Part shown: positions 10,458-19,372 of the stretch, piece after piece
Position numbering within the stretch: the stretch's first letter is position 1
How the letters are laid out: each line of letters starts with the position of its first letter
Notes under the pieces: model-generated
Told to the model about the DNA's origin: nothing
The model's input: the letters and a program-made list of their open reading frames with translations, nothing else
The model's database searches: none
Source: an uncultured virus (IMG/VR IMGVR_UViG_3300025927_000002)
Lineage: Duplodnaviria > Heunggongvirae > Uroviricota > Caudoviricetes
Length of the DNA: 64,000 nt
Virus record (IMG/VR): IMGVR_UViG_3300025927_000002
Direction: 5' to 3' (one strand)
Position numbers and translations under genes: made by a program

Positions 10458-11471
10458 ATGGCAATTATTACCAATACCTACCAATCTACTTCTGGTGCAT
10501 CCAAACAAAATCGCGAAATCATCATTCGCGATACGATCGAACGTGTGGACCCAGCAGAAACGCCGCTTTTTTCTATGATCGGCCGGGCGCCGAATATCGA
10601 TGGCGTCGATCCGAAATGGGTGCAAAGCTCGCTGGCCACCCCGAACCCTGACAACGCACAAGTTGAAGGTGACCAGTACACGTTTAGTGCAGTGAACCAA
10701 CCTGCCCGCGTGGGGAATTATACGCAAATCTTCTGGAGAACATTTGCAGTATCGGATTCGCAGAACGAGCTTCTGAAGGTCGGCCCGAAAACCGAAGTGG
10801 GTCGCAACCGGATGGAGAAGGGCCTGGAACTCCGCACCGACATCGAGGTGTCGATGCTCAGCAACAACCCATCCGTGGGTGGTCTCACTCGTAAGAGTGC
10901 TGGATTGCGAGCCTGGACGGCAAGCAATGATGTGTTCTCCGCCGGGGGCGCAAGTGGAGGATTCAATGCTGGTACGGGGGTCGTCGACGCGGCGACCAAC
11001 GGCACAGCACAACGCGCTTTTACAAAGGCATTGATGGATGCCGCGCTACTTGCGACGTACACCGCGGGCGGCAATCCAACATTGTGTATCTTGTCGCCCT
11101 ACGCGAAGTCGGTGTTTTCTGGCTTCATGTCGGATGCCAGCGTCGCACAGCTTCGGGTTGCGACATCGGCGAAATCGGCGGCAACGATCGTCGGTGCGGC
11201 CGATGCGTATCTCAGCGATTGGGGACTCATCGATTTCGTGCCCGATCGCCAGCTTGCACGGGCCGGGGCGGCATACGCGCGCAACGTGTACTTCATTACT
11301 CCGGATAAGCTCGAAAAGGGTTTCTTCCGGGATATCCAGGAGGACACGGATCTCGCGTCGAACGCGGATGCCGAGCTGTTCGTACTAAAGTGCGAGTTCG
11401 CGCTGATTGATCGCCACGAGAAAGCCCATGGCGTCGTGGCCGATATTTTCGGAATGACATCGAGCACCTAG
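10458..11471 (+). CDS. major capsid protein (DUF5309/SU10-like)
   Basis: NRE..., ETPLFSMIG, NAQVEGD, RVGNYTQIF, YLSDWG motifs. Confidence 0.92.
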   Translation: MAIITNTYQSTSGASKQNREIIIRDTIERVDPAETPLFSMIGRAPNIDGVDPKWVQSSLATPNPDNAQVEGDQYTFSAVNQPARVGNYTQIFWRTFAVSDSQNELLKVGPKTEVGRNRMEKGLELRTDIEVSMLSNNPSVGGLTRKSAGLRAWTASNDVFSAGGASGGFNAGTGVVDAATNGTAQRAFTKALMDAALLATYTAGGNPTLCILSPYAKSVFSGFMSDASVAQLRVATSAKSAATIVGAADAYLSDWGLIDFVPDRQLARAGAAYARNVYFITPDKLEKGFFRDIQEDTDLASNADAELFVLKCEFALIDRHEKAHGVVADIFGMTSST

Positions 11472-11562
11472 TTCGGCGGCATCAACAACAGCGTCGATAG
11501 GGTCGGGCCAAGCTCGCTTGGCCCTGGCCTGTCGGCGCTGCTTCTTTTTAAGGATATGTGAT

Positions 11563-11892
11563 ATGGCTCTTGAGCGTACGACATTTGATGTCATTCCTGC
11601 TGCATTGGTCGGCGGGGGGCAGGCGGGCGCCCCGCAAATTCGCCCGCAATCAATGACACGCATCACCGCCGTAGCGACTGCCGCCGATAGCGTAATGCTG
11701 CCGTCTGCACTTCCGGGCTCGTTGGTTTTTGTGCAGAACGCGGCGGCGGCGAATGCGTGTGCGGTATTTCCTGCGAAGGGCGATGCGATTAACGCCGGTG
11801 CGGCGGATGCCGTGCTGTCGGTCGCGGCTGCCGGAAACGTCATCTTCTTTTGCGCCGTCGCCGGCAAATGGGCCGCGGTTGTAAGCGGATAA
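11563..11892 (+). CDS. probable capsid decoration protein
   Basis: TAVATAADSVMLP...VFPAKGDAIN; follows the capsid gene. Confidence 0.6.
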   Translation: MALERTTFDVIPAALVGGGQAGAPQIRPQSMTRITAVATAADSVMLPSALPGSLVFVQNAAAANACAVFPAKGDAINAGAADAVLSVAAAGNVIFFCAVAGKWAAVVSG

Positions 11893-11905
11893 GGATTCTA
11901 TCTCC

Positions 11906-12175
11906 ATGGATTCACGCCCACAGCATAATGCGCCGCACAATGCGCCCCCGCCGCCGGCCCCGGCAAAGCCGAAGCTGCTTGAAGTCAACCTGTTGCGCCG
12001 ATACGCGCCGCATTGGCTTGTACAAGACGACGGCACCGTTTTGCCGAATGACGGCGGCGTTGCCGCGAACCCACAGGTTCTCGATCCCGGCATCATGAAG
12101 CTGCACCATGAGGACGCCGCTATTGCTCTTGGGGCATCCGTCGCACTGCCGACGCGCGCCACCTTCCGGGATTAG
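11906..12175 (+). CDS. hypothetical virion-region protein
   Basis: RBS present; coupled to the next ORF. Confidence 0.55.
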   Translation: MDSRPQHNAPHNAPPPPAPAKPKLLEVNLLRRYAPHWLVQDDGTVLPNDGGVAANPQVLDPGIMKLHHEDAAIALGASVALPTRATFRD

Positions 12176-12513
12176 TGGTCATGCCAAGCCCGTTCTATGA
12201 CCCGTTCCATGGCGCGGGGAAAGTTATAAACTGCGGCCCAAACAAAGTTGTCTGGTACGTAGAGCTGGACGACGGCAAGGTCGCGACCTGCGTACAGGAA
12301 CTCGTTTCTTCGATCATTGAAGATAATCAGCGCGCCCGGGCGGACAGTGCGGGGAGACGCTGGGGCGATGGGGCTGTAGTCGCGTCGATACCGCTCGGAT
12401 TGTATTTCGACAAGTTGGCACCAGCCAAGCGAGCGGGCGACGACGCTTATGTCAAGCGGGTTCTGAACGATCGCGACTATTACAAACTGCGGACCCGCGA
12501 CGGGAAAATCTGA
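12175..12513 (+). CDS. conserved phage protein
   Basis: VASIP...KRVLNDRDYYKLRTRDGKI, a common post-capsid gene in such podoviruses. Confidence 0.75.
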   Translation: MVMPSPFYDPFHGAGKVINCGPNKVVWYVELDDGKVATCVQELVSSIIEDNQRARADSAGRRWGDGAVVASIPLGLYFDKLAPAKRAGDDAYVKRVLNDRDYYKLRTRDGKI

Positions 12514-12516
12514 GCC

Positions 12517-13218
12517 ATGGCGCTGGGCACATACCAGGATCTCCGAACTTCTGTGGCATCCTGGCTGATGCGCGCCGACATGGGCGCGGTGATCCCGGAC
12601 TTAATCACGTTGGCCGAAACCCGGCTGAACGATACCTTGCGTGTCGCCGCGATGGAAACCCGGGCGTTTCTCAATTTATCGGATGCTGGTGAGGCGAACC
12701 TGCCGGATGATTTTCTGGAGGCCCGGTTTGTCGTGCTCTATCCCGGCGGGCTGAATATCATCATCGATGAGGAAACCGGCATCCCGATTGGCGAAGCGTC
12801 GGGTGCGATCTGGACCGATGGCAATACAGCCGGTGCCGCCAGGAATGTTCTCAGGCGGGTCGGGCTGCCTTGGGCGACAGATTATTACGGCGGCCGCGCC
12901 GGTGGGTATCAGGACGAGTACACGATCCTCGAAAATACGTTCACCGCTTACGCGACACAAGCTGCCAGCGTTGTGCTCTACTATTATCAAAAAATCCCGG
13001 CTCTATCGGATGACGCGCCGACTAACTGGCTGCTCACCAAAAAGCCCAATTTGTACCTATACGCGGCCCTGCTGGAGTCGGCGCCGTTCCTGCAGGATGA
13101 TGCCCGGATGGCGGTTTGGGACAAGCTGTATGCGGAGGCGGTGACTTCTTATCACCTGTCCGACCAGATGGCGCGCTGGAGCAACGGCACATTGCGGCTT
13201 AGCGGCCCGACGCCGTGA
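12517..13218 (+). CDS. head-tail adaptor / tail tubular protein A-like
   Basis: TYQDL...IPDLITLAE.RL..LR..ME; TNWLL...PNLYLYAALLE. Confidence 0.8.
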   Translation: MALGTYQDLRTSVASWLMRADMGAVIPDLITLAETRLNDTLRVAAMETRAFLNLSDAGEANLPDDFLEARFVVLYPGGLNIIIDEETGIPIGEASGAIWTDGNTAGAARNVLRRVGLPWATDYYGGRAGGYQDEYTILENTFTAYATQAASVVLYYYQKIPALSDDAPTNWLLTKKPNLYLYAALLESAPFLQDDARMAVWDKLYAEAVTSYHLSDQMARWSNGTLRLSGPTP

Positions 13219-13451
13219 ACATGGAAGACGCCAAGCGGTTGATGCCGATGACGGCGCGGCCGTTGTCATTAAACCCTGCCCCGGCATCGGTGGAATTTAT
13301 CGAGCGCCAGCTCGCGCGCTTGGCACGACTGCGCGGCATCGAGACTGACGAAGCGCGGGCCGAAATCATCCGCATTGAAGACAATTTGAAACTCAGCGCA
13401 CGCACGATGCTCGGCAAGGTGCGCATCGCGCTTGCAAAGAGGAAATTCTGA
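13215..13451 (+). CDS. hypothetical protein
   Basis: Translationally coupled on both sides. Confidence 0.5.
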   Translation: MNMEDAKRLMPMTARPLSLNPAPASVEFIERQLARLARLRGIETDEARAEIIRIEDNLKLSARTMLGKVRIALAKRKF

Positions 13452-13885
13452 TGGCGCTAACTCTTTACGACAATTTTCGGCTCTCCATGATGAATGGGAG
13501 CGCGATCAATTTCGGTACTTCCGGCGACACCATTAAAGTCGCCATTGCGACAGCGAGCTATGCCTATTCGCAGTCTGCCGATGATTTCTTCAACGATATG
13601 ACCAACGAAGTCTCCGGCACGAACTACACGGCTGGCGGCGCAACGCTTGCGTCCAAGACGCTCGGGCTATCGTCTGGGACCGTCACGTTTGACGCGGCCG
13701 ATGTCACATTTACGCAGCACGCCTCGGGCTTTAGTAATGGCCGCGTGCTGGTGCTCTACAAAAGCACTGGCACAAGCTCAACCTCGCCGCTGATCGCCTT
13801 CGATGACCGCGGGTCATCCTTTGGCAATGTGGCGGGAGACCTGACCGTGCAGTGGAATGCCTCCGGCATCATTACGAGCCCGTAA
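13451..13885 (+). CDS. virion structural protein
   Basis: DTIKVA...NEVSGTNYTAGG.TL...TVQWNASGI, a common phage structural family. Confidence 0.75.
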   Translation: MALTLYDNFRLSMMNGSAINFGTSGDTIKVAIATASYAYSQSADDFFNDMTNEVSGTNYTAGGATLASKTLGLSSGTVTFDAADVTFTQHASGFSNGRVLVLYKSTGTSSTSPLIAFDDRGSSFGNVAGDLTVQWNASGIITSP

Positions 13886-13891
13886 TTTATA

Positions 13892-14359
13892 ATGACGCCG
13901 ACCTTGCTCGCGACCACGAACGCGCGCGGCCGAATTCGGGTGGTATTCACCCAGGCCCATACTGACGGGACCGTGTACGGGCCGTTTAATGAACTGCGCC
14001 CGCTCGGCACAGATGTGACCGCGTTTATGGTGGCACATGCGGCAGCCTTGCTGGTGTCTCTTATTGCCGCTGAGACTGCAGATCGTCTCGGGCGGATTAT
14101 CCAAGATGGTTCGTTGGCAGTTATGCCAGCGTTAAAATTTGCGCTGCTAAACGATGTGCAGGACGCTTTGCGTGTGTTCTATGCAGCCGCCGCGCGGCAC
14201 GATTCGATCATGGTCGGGGATTATTTGAGTTCGCTTACGGACGCGCGTTTGCGCACGATATTCGGTATGACTCAAGCGCAGGTGACTACCTTAAGAACCG
14301 CAAAGCTGACACCGGCCGCAACACTGGCAACGAGCATTCGCGCTGCGGCTGGTGCCTGA
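13892..14359 (+). CDS. hypothetical protein
   Basis: 155-aa ORF in the operon. Confidence 0.6.
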   Translation: MTPTLLATTNARGRIRVVFTQAHTDGTVYGPFNELRPLGTDVTAFMVAHAAALLVSLIAAETADRLGRIIQDGSLAVMPALKFALLNDVQDALRVFYAAAARHDSIMVGDYLSSLTDARLRTIFGMTQAQVTTLRTAKLTPAATLATSIRAAAGA

Positions 14360-14362
14360 GAT

Positions 14363-15718
14363 ATGGCAGATATATTTGTTAGCTCGGTTGATGGAGACAA
14401 CGCCGACTCCGGCGCGAGTTGGGCGCTCGCCAAACAGACCATCACCGGCGCTCTTGCCATTGCGGCGGATGGCGATGTTATAAAGGTAGATAGCGCCCAC
14501 AGTTTCACCGCTACGGCCGCGATTACATGGACGCCACCAGCTGGCCGCGTCGCAATAATCTCGGTAAACCGGGCGGGGTCGGATGCCTGGTTAGCGGGCG
14601 CGTCAGAGTCGGTGGGTGCGGCAAACGTCGCGTTTACCGTGGCGAATGCGGCGGCGTCATCCATGTATGTGTATGGCGTTACCCTTAATGGCGCAACCAA
14701 TAGCTCATCATCAGCGACTATCACATTGGCTAATGTGGGGGGTGTTAGCAGTGCATTGGAGTTGGTTGGCTGCACGTTAGACCTAAAAACAGCTAATGCA
14801 ACAGCGACCATCGCGCTTGGCGCCGCCGCGGGCTCAACAGTACGATATACTAGAATAAAGCTGGTTAATTGCACAATCATTATTAGCGGCAGTAGGGCTG
14901 GATCTGGGATAACAGTGAATAATGCTGTCGCAGATTTTAGCGGTTGCACGGTTTCCGCAACAGGCGGTTCTGTCCCGGCCCAATTATTTAGCATTGGCTC
15001 TACGGCCAGCGCGCCAGTTGTTGAGATACGCGATTCTACCTTGAGTGGTTATGCTGGGGCTGCTTATTTCGCGGTAACAAATCTCGTTGCTGCGCAGATT
15101 ACATTAACTAATGTTCGACTTAATGCCACGCCGACGATAACGACAGGTACTTGGGCGGGTGGGCCGGGGTTTATCACGTTGCGCAATGTTGACTCTGGCA
15201 ACACGATTGACAGCTTCGAATTTCGTAATGCGTACGGCACTCTGACTGAGAATGCTTCGATTTACGCAGCAAGCGGAGCAAGTTTTAATTCAGCGGGGAT
15301 ATCTTGGCAGATCGTGACGACGTCTGAATGCAATGAGAGTTTCCCGTTTGTTTGTCCTTGGTTGCGTATATGGAATACGGTAACAACCGCACAAACCGCG
15401 ACGGTCGAGACGATTCGCGATAACGCCACGCCATTAACCGATCGCGAAATCTGGTTTGACCTGTCCTATCCAAACAGCGCCAGTTTACCGACTGGTACGA
15501 CAGCGACAGATCGCAATGCAAATCCGTTTACCGGGACCGCGGTAAACCAGACCAGCAGTTCGACATCGTGGACTGGTACCGGAGGATTCTCTAACCCGGA
15601 CAAGCGCACACTGGATGTCGCGCTGACCACCAATGTTGTCGGACCTGTCCGCGGACGCCCGGTCGTGGCGAAGGCCTCTACAACCCTCTATGTCAGCCCC
15701 AAGCTCCTGTTAGCCTAG
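14363..15718 (+). CDS. tail/baseplate-associated beta-rich protein
   Basis: FVSS.DG.NADSGASWALAK.T N-terminal motif; S/T/A-rich; locally lower GC. Confidence 0.65.
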   Translation: MADIFVSSVDGDNADSGASWALAKQTITGALAIAADGDVIKVDSAHSFTATAAITWTPPAGRVAIISVNRAGSDAWLAGASESVGAANVAFTVANAAASSMYVYGVTLNGATNSSSSATITLANVGGVSSALELVGCTLDLKTANATATIALGAAAGSTVRYTRIKLVNCTIIISGSRAGSGITVNNAVADFSGCTVSATGGSVPAQLFSIGSTASAPVVEIRDSTLSGYAGAAYFAVTNLVAAQITLTNVRLNATPTITTGTWAGGPGFITLRNVDSGNTIDSFEFRNAYGTLTENASIYAASGASFNSAGISWQIVTTSECNESFPFVCPWLRIWNTVTTAQTATVETIRDNATPLTDREIWFDLSYPNSASLPTGTTATDRNANPFTGTAVNQTSSSTSWTGTGGFSNPDKRTLDVALTTNVVGPVRGRPVVAKASTTLYVSPKLLLA

Positions 15719-15722
15719 TGCT

Positions 15723-16649
15723 ATGAGTCGCACGGTTTGGCTAGAAGATGGCGCCTACGAAGAAACCGGCTCGCGCACGGTCTGGATGGGCGGCGGCGCC
15801 TACCAGGAAACTGCGTTTACCCCAACCTTGCTGGCGGTCGCGAAAGCAGCGCTGGCCTGGCAAGCTCGGACACAAAATTCGAAGGCTGTCCTGCGGGAGG
15901 CCGCTGGCGCGCTGGCCTGGCAGGCACGGGCGGCGATGGCCGTATTCGTCCTGCGAGAAGCCGCTGGCGCGCTGGCCTGGCAGGTTCGGGCACCGATGGC
16001 TGCCGCCGTTCTGCGCGAGGCCGTTGGCGCGCTGGCCTGGCAGGCACGAGCGGCGAGTGCTGCCGCGACCTTGTCGGCGAGTGCTGTTGCCAGCCTGTCC
16101 TATACGGCGCGAGCCGCGGGGGTTTCTAGCGCGGCGACGCTTGGTGTAGCCGTGGCCTCTCTGGCCTGGTCAGCGCTGGCTGTCGGTGTTTTTAGTCCGA
16201 CGGCTCTCGCCGTGGCTGTTGCCGTGCTGGGGTGGACCGCCGCCTCACTGCTTGCTACCAACGGCGCGCTGCTTAGTATGGTGGTTACCGCGCTTGGGTT
16301 TACCGCCCGTCGGGCGACACCCGCGACCGTTTCCCGCGCAACCCCGGCGGCCTTCCAATTTACTCCGGTCGCAACGCGAATTCGCTCGGTTCTCGGTACA
16401 TTCCCGGCTGCGCTTGGGTTTGTCGCCCGCGCTCTGATTGGCGCGGGACCAACCATTTTGGCGATGACGCGGGCGGCCTGGGGATTTGCTGCGCATTCTC
16501 TGTTTGCGCGTGCGCCGGTGATTCGCAAAAGCGGCGCGAACCGCTATCAGATTATCATATCGAGCGACGCGCCGCTCTGGGCACGGCAGATGCAGGCGCA
16601 ATTCAACGATGTCCTCGCGCGCATCCAGGGCGATATTGATAAAAGCTAA
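15723..16649 (+). CDS. structural protein with 20-aa repeats
   Basis: ALAWQ at 20-aa spacing four times. Confidence 0.6.
   Translation: MSRTVWLEDGAYEETGSRTVWMGGGAYQETAFTPTLLAVAKAALAWQARTQNSKAVLREAAGALAWQARAAMAVFVLREAAGALAWQVRAPMAAAVLREAVGALAWQARAASAAATLSASAVASLSYTARAAGVSSAATLGVAVASLAWSALAVGVFSPTALAVAVAVLGWTAASLLATNGALLSMVVTALGFTARRATPATVSRATPAAFQFTPVATRIRSVLGTFPAALGFVARALIGAGPTILAMTRAAWGFAAHSLFARAPVIRKSGANRYQIIISSDAPLWARQMQAQFNDVLARIQGDIDKS
15849..16045 (+). repeat. 60-nt coding tandem repeat (4 copies)
   Basis: GCGCTGGCCTGGCA at 15849, 15909, 15969 and 16029. Confidence 0.85.
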
Positions 16650-16655
16650 ATACTA

Positions 16656-17111
16656 TTAGGTCTTCGTCACACGTTCAACCATCGAGTGCCAAACGGCATC
16701 TACGTCTACTTTTTCACCCGTAGGCGCGGCGAGCGCCGCGTCATTCATCGCTTGCCACAAATATTTGCCGTATGCGCGTTCCTCTTCTGCGTCTCCGGCG
16801 AACTGTTCGCTCCAGGGGAAGCGTTCGCTGCATTTCAGCATTTCTGGGGTTGGATCGCGCATCGCCTCGATAGCGGCGCGGGCCAGCTTCAACACCGCCT
16901 CTTGTGTGATCTCGTCTTCGTCACAGCCTTGGGTGTGATCCAAGGGCAGATCATCGAAATCTGGGTCCATCGCCAGCACGGGGAATTCTCGGCCATCCGG
17001 ATTGCCGGGGAGCCTCGCGGTTACATGCATGAGGGCACGCGCGACGCGCTCCACTAACGCGGTCTCGTTTGTAGTCCTGCGGTCGCGATCCACGAATTTG
17101 CTCATTGCCAT
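16656..17111 (-). CDS. hypothetical phage protein (antisense moron)
   Basis: VERVARAL...ARAAIEAMRDPTPEM...W.AM.DAAL motif common in alphaproteobacterial phages. Confidence 0.7.
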   Translation of the reverse strand: MAMSKFVDRDRRTTNETALVERVARALMHVTARLPGNPDGREFPVLAMDPDFDDLPLDHTQGCDEDEITQEAVLKLARAAIEAMRDPTPEMLKCSERFPWSEQFAGDAEEERAYGKYLWQAMNDAALAAPTGEKVDVDAVWHSMVERVTKT

Positions 17112-17162
17112 CCCGCTTTCATTTTGAAGCAAAACCCTATCACGGAAGGCGCGCGATAGCCA

Positions 17163-19028
17163 ATGGCATCAACCCCGACCGCCAGCAACCGCTTCAACAA
17201 ACAGGGGACTGGCGACAATGTTGGCGTTTGGGGGATCATCCTAAACGACCAGACGATCGAAATGATCGATGCCGCGCTCGACGGCGTGTCCGTGCTGGTT
17301 GTTGACGGGAATACGGTTCCGTCCTCGGCCAATTACGTGGCCGACGAAACTCGTCCCAGGGTGCTGAAATTCACCGGCGGCGGTGGCACCGTCCAGATCC
17401 CCAGCGTCTCGAAAACCTATCTCGTCCACAATACCTGCACCAGCTCGGTGGTGGTCAAGACCGCCTTGGCGGCAGGCGCGTCGGTAGCGCCTGCGGCAGT
17501 AACCCCGCTGTATTGCGACGGCGTGGATGTTGTGCTGGCGACAAATTTGTGGCCGCTGGGTAACGGTACACAGGTAACGCCGGCGGTATATTTTCAGAGC
17601 GACCCCGATACCGGGTTCTACCGGATAGGTGATGGCGCCTTCGGAATCTCGTCCAACGGCAGCAAAGTATTTGAAGCCAACGTATCGGGAGCCATAATCA
17701 CCGGCTCGGCGAGCGTATCTTTTGGCGTTATCATTAACGACGGCAGCGTCGCAGTCCCCGCGTTCCGTTTCGCCAACGATCCGAATACTGGGCTCTATCG
17801 TGTCGGTGCCGACGCGCTCGGGATTGCGGCGGGTGGTAGCCGGGCGTTTGAAGTGAACACAGCTGGGATTATTATCCCCGGAGCGGCGACGATATCGGGC
17901 GGCGCCGTTATCAACGATGGCGGCGTTACGGTCCCTGCCATCCGCTTTGGCGCGGATTTGAACACCGGGATCTACCGGGTTGGCGCTGATTCGCTCGGTG
18001 TGGCGGTTGGCGGTGTCAATAAGCTCCAGATCGACGCTACCGGGATCACGGTCCCCGCACAGATGCGGGCGGCCACGGCCGTACTCAATGCCGGCAGTGT
18101 CGCCGCCCCAGCATTGAGTATTTCAGGCGATAGCAACACCGGGCTCTATTGGGTTGGTCCAGACGGTCTGGGTATTGCCACCGCTGGCACGCAAGTGCTT
18201 GACATTTCAAGTGCCGGGCTGACGGTATTTGGCAACACCGCCGCCGAGCTTTCGGTGGATACTGCGCTGACCAGCTCGGTTATCAATGCTTCTACTGGCG
18301 TTGAGGCGGAAGCCTATTTCCTGGCATCGAACGGAACGAACGGCGCCCGGTTTGGATTTCGCGGGACGGCTGAGACCACATACGGCGCGCTAACCGCCGG
18401 CTCCGGGTATCTCTACCTCAACGCCGCCCCGCTTGTTTTGATGGCAGACAGCCCCACCGGGCAGCTCATTTTCGCCTCTGGCGGTCACGCCGAAACCGGG
18501 CGGAACACGACAGCGCTCGGCGTTACGACATGGCGGTTTGGGTCAAGCGCATATAGCTTTCCGCCCGCTGTCGCTGGTGTTTCGATTGGATACGCTGGGG
18601 GCGGGACGCAATACGGCATTGCGCTACGGCCGCAGACCGATACGACGGTTGCGGTCTATTTTGTCAATGCTGCCGGCACGTCGGTCGGGTCAATCACGCA
18701 GACCGCCTCCGTTACCGCCTATAACACGTCGTCCGATTACCGGCTCAAAAACGAGATTATCGATCTCGTCGGTAGCGGGGAGTTTATCGACGCATTGCGT
18801 CCACGCGAATGGGTTTGGGAAGAAGACGGGGTACGCGGTGTCGGGTTTGTCGCGCACGAGGCAGCGGAAGTCACGCCCTCGTCGGTGACTGGCGAAAAGG
18901 ATGCGGTTGATGCAGATGGCCTGCCGATCTACCAGGGCATGCAGGCCAGCTCGCCGGAGATCATGGCGAATCTGGTGGCTGAGCTAAAGCTATTGCGGGC
19001 GCGTGTGGCTGCGTTAGAGGCCGTCTGA
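17163..19028 (+). CDS. tail fibre with C-terminal intramolecular chaperone (peptidase S74)
   Basis: Four ~57-aa repeats (PA..F..D..TG.YR.G.D..G); SSDYRLK...GFVAHE...LRARVAALE. Confidence 0.85.
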   Translation: MASTPTASNRFNKQGTGDNVGVWGIILNDQTIEMIDAALDGVSVLVVDGNTVPSSANYVADETRPRVLKFTGGGGTVQIPSVSKTYLVHNTCTSSVVVKTALAAGASVAPAAVTPLYCDGVDVVLATNLWPLGNGTQVTPAVYFQSDPDTGFYRIGDGAFGISSNGSKVFEANVSGAIITGSASVSFGVIINDGSVAVPAFRFANDPNTGLYRVGADALGIAAGGSRAFEVNTAGIIIPGAATISGGAVINDGGVTVPAIRFGADLNTGIYRVGADSLGVAVGGVNKLQIDATGITVPAQMRAATAVLNAGSVAAPALSISGDSNTGLYWVGPDGLGIATAGTQVLDISSAGLTVFGNTAAELSVDTALTSSVINASTGVEAEAYFLASNGTNGARFGFRGTAETTYGALTAGSGYLYLNAAPLVLMADSPTGQLIFASGGHAETGRNTTALGVTTWRFGSSAYSFPPAVAGVSIGYAGGGTQYGIALRPQTDTTVAVYFVNAAGTSVGSITQTASVTAYNTSSDYRLKNEIIDLVGSGEFIDALRPREWVWEEDGVRGVGFVAHEAAEVTPSSVTGEKDAVDADGLPIYQGMQASSPEIMANLVAELKLLRARVAALEAV

Positions 19029-19372
19029 TGGCAACGCAAGAAACCGTCAGCAAACCCGTCGTGGTGCAAACCACGGAAACCGTAACCGCGACGCTCCTTG
19101 AAGAGCGGACATATCGAGCAGTCATCGAGGCGCCGCTCACCGGGCCATACAATATCGCGATCTATCGCGAAACAGTGCTGCGCGACTCGCGAGGCACCGC
19201 TCTCTCAAAAGCGAATGTTCCGGCAGTTTGCGTGCGCATCGCGACAAACATCCCCAACGAGATCGTAACGCTGCACACTGGTTCTGAAATCACTGTCGGG
19301 ACTATTTTGGAGGCGTTGCCGCTTTTCTTTGACAAGTGGGCAGCGGAAGACATCGCCGCGGGGCGGCGCTAG
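19028..19372 (+). CDS. hypothetical (possible fibre assembly) protein
   Basis: Coupled to the fibre gene. Confidence 0.55.
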   Translation: MATQETVSKPVVVQTTETVTATLLEERTYRAVIEAPLTGPYNIAIYRETVLRDSRGTALSKANVPAVCVRIATNIPNEIVTLHTGSEITVGTILEALPLFFDKWAAEDIAAGRR

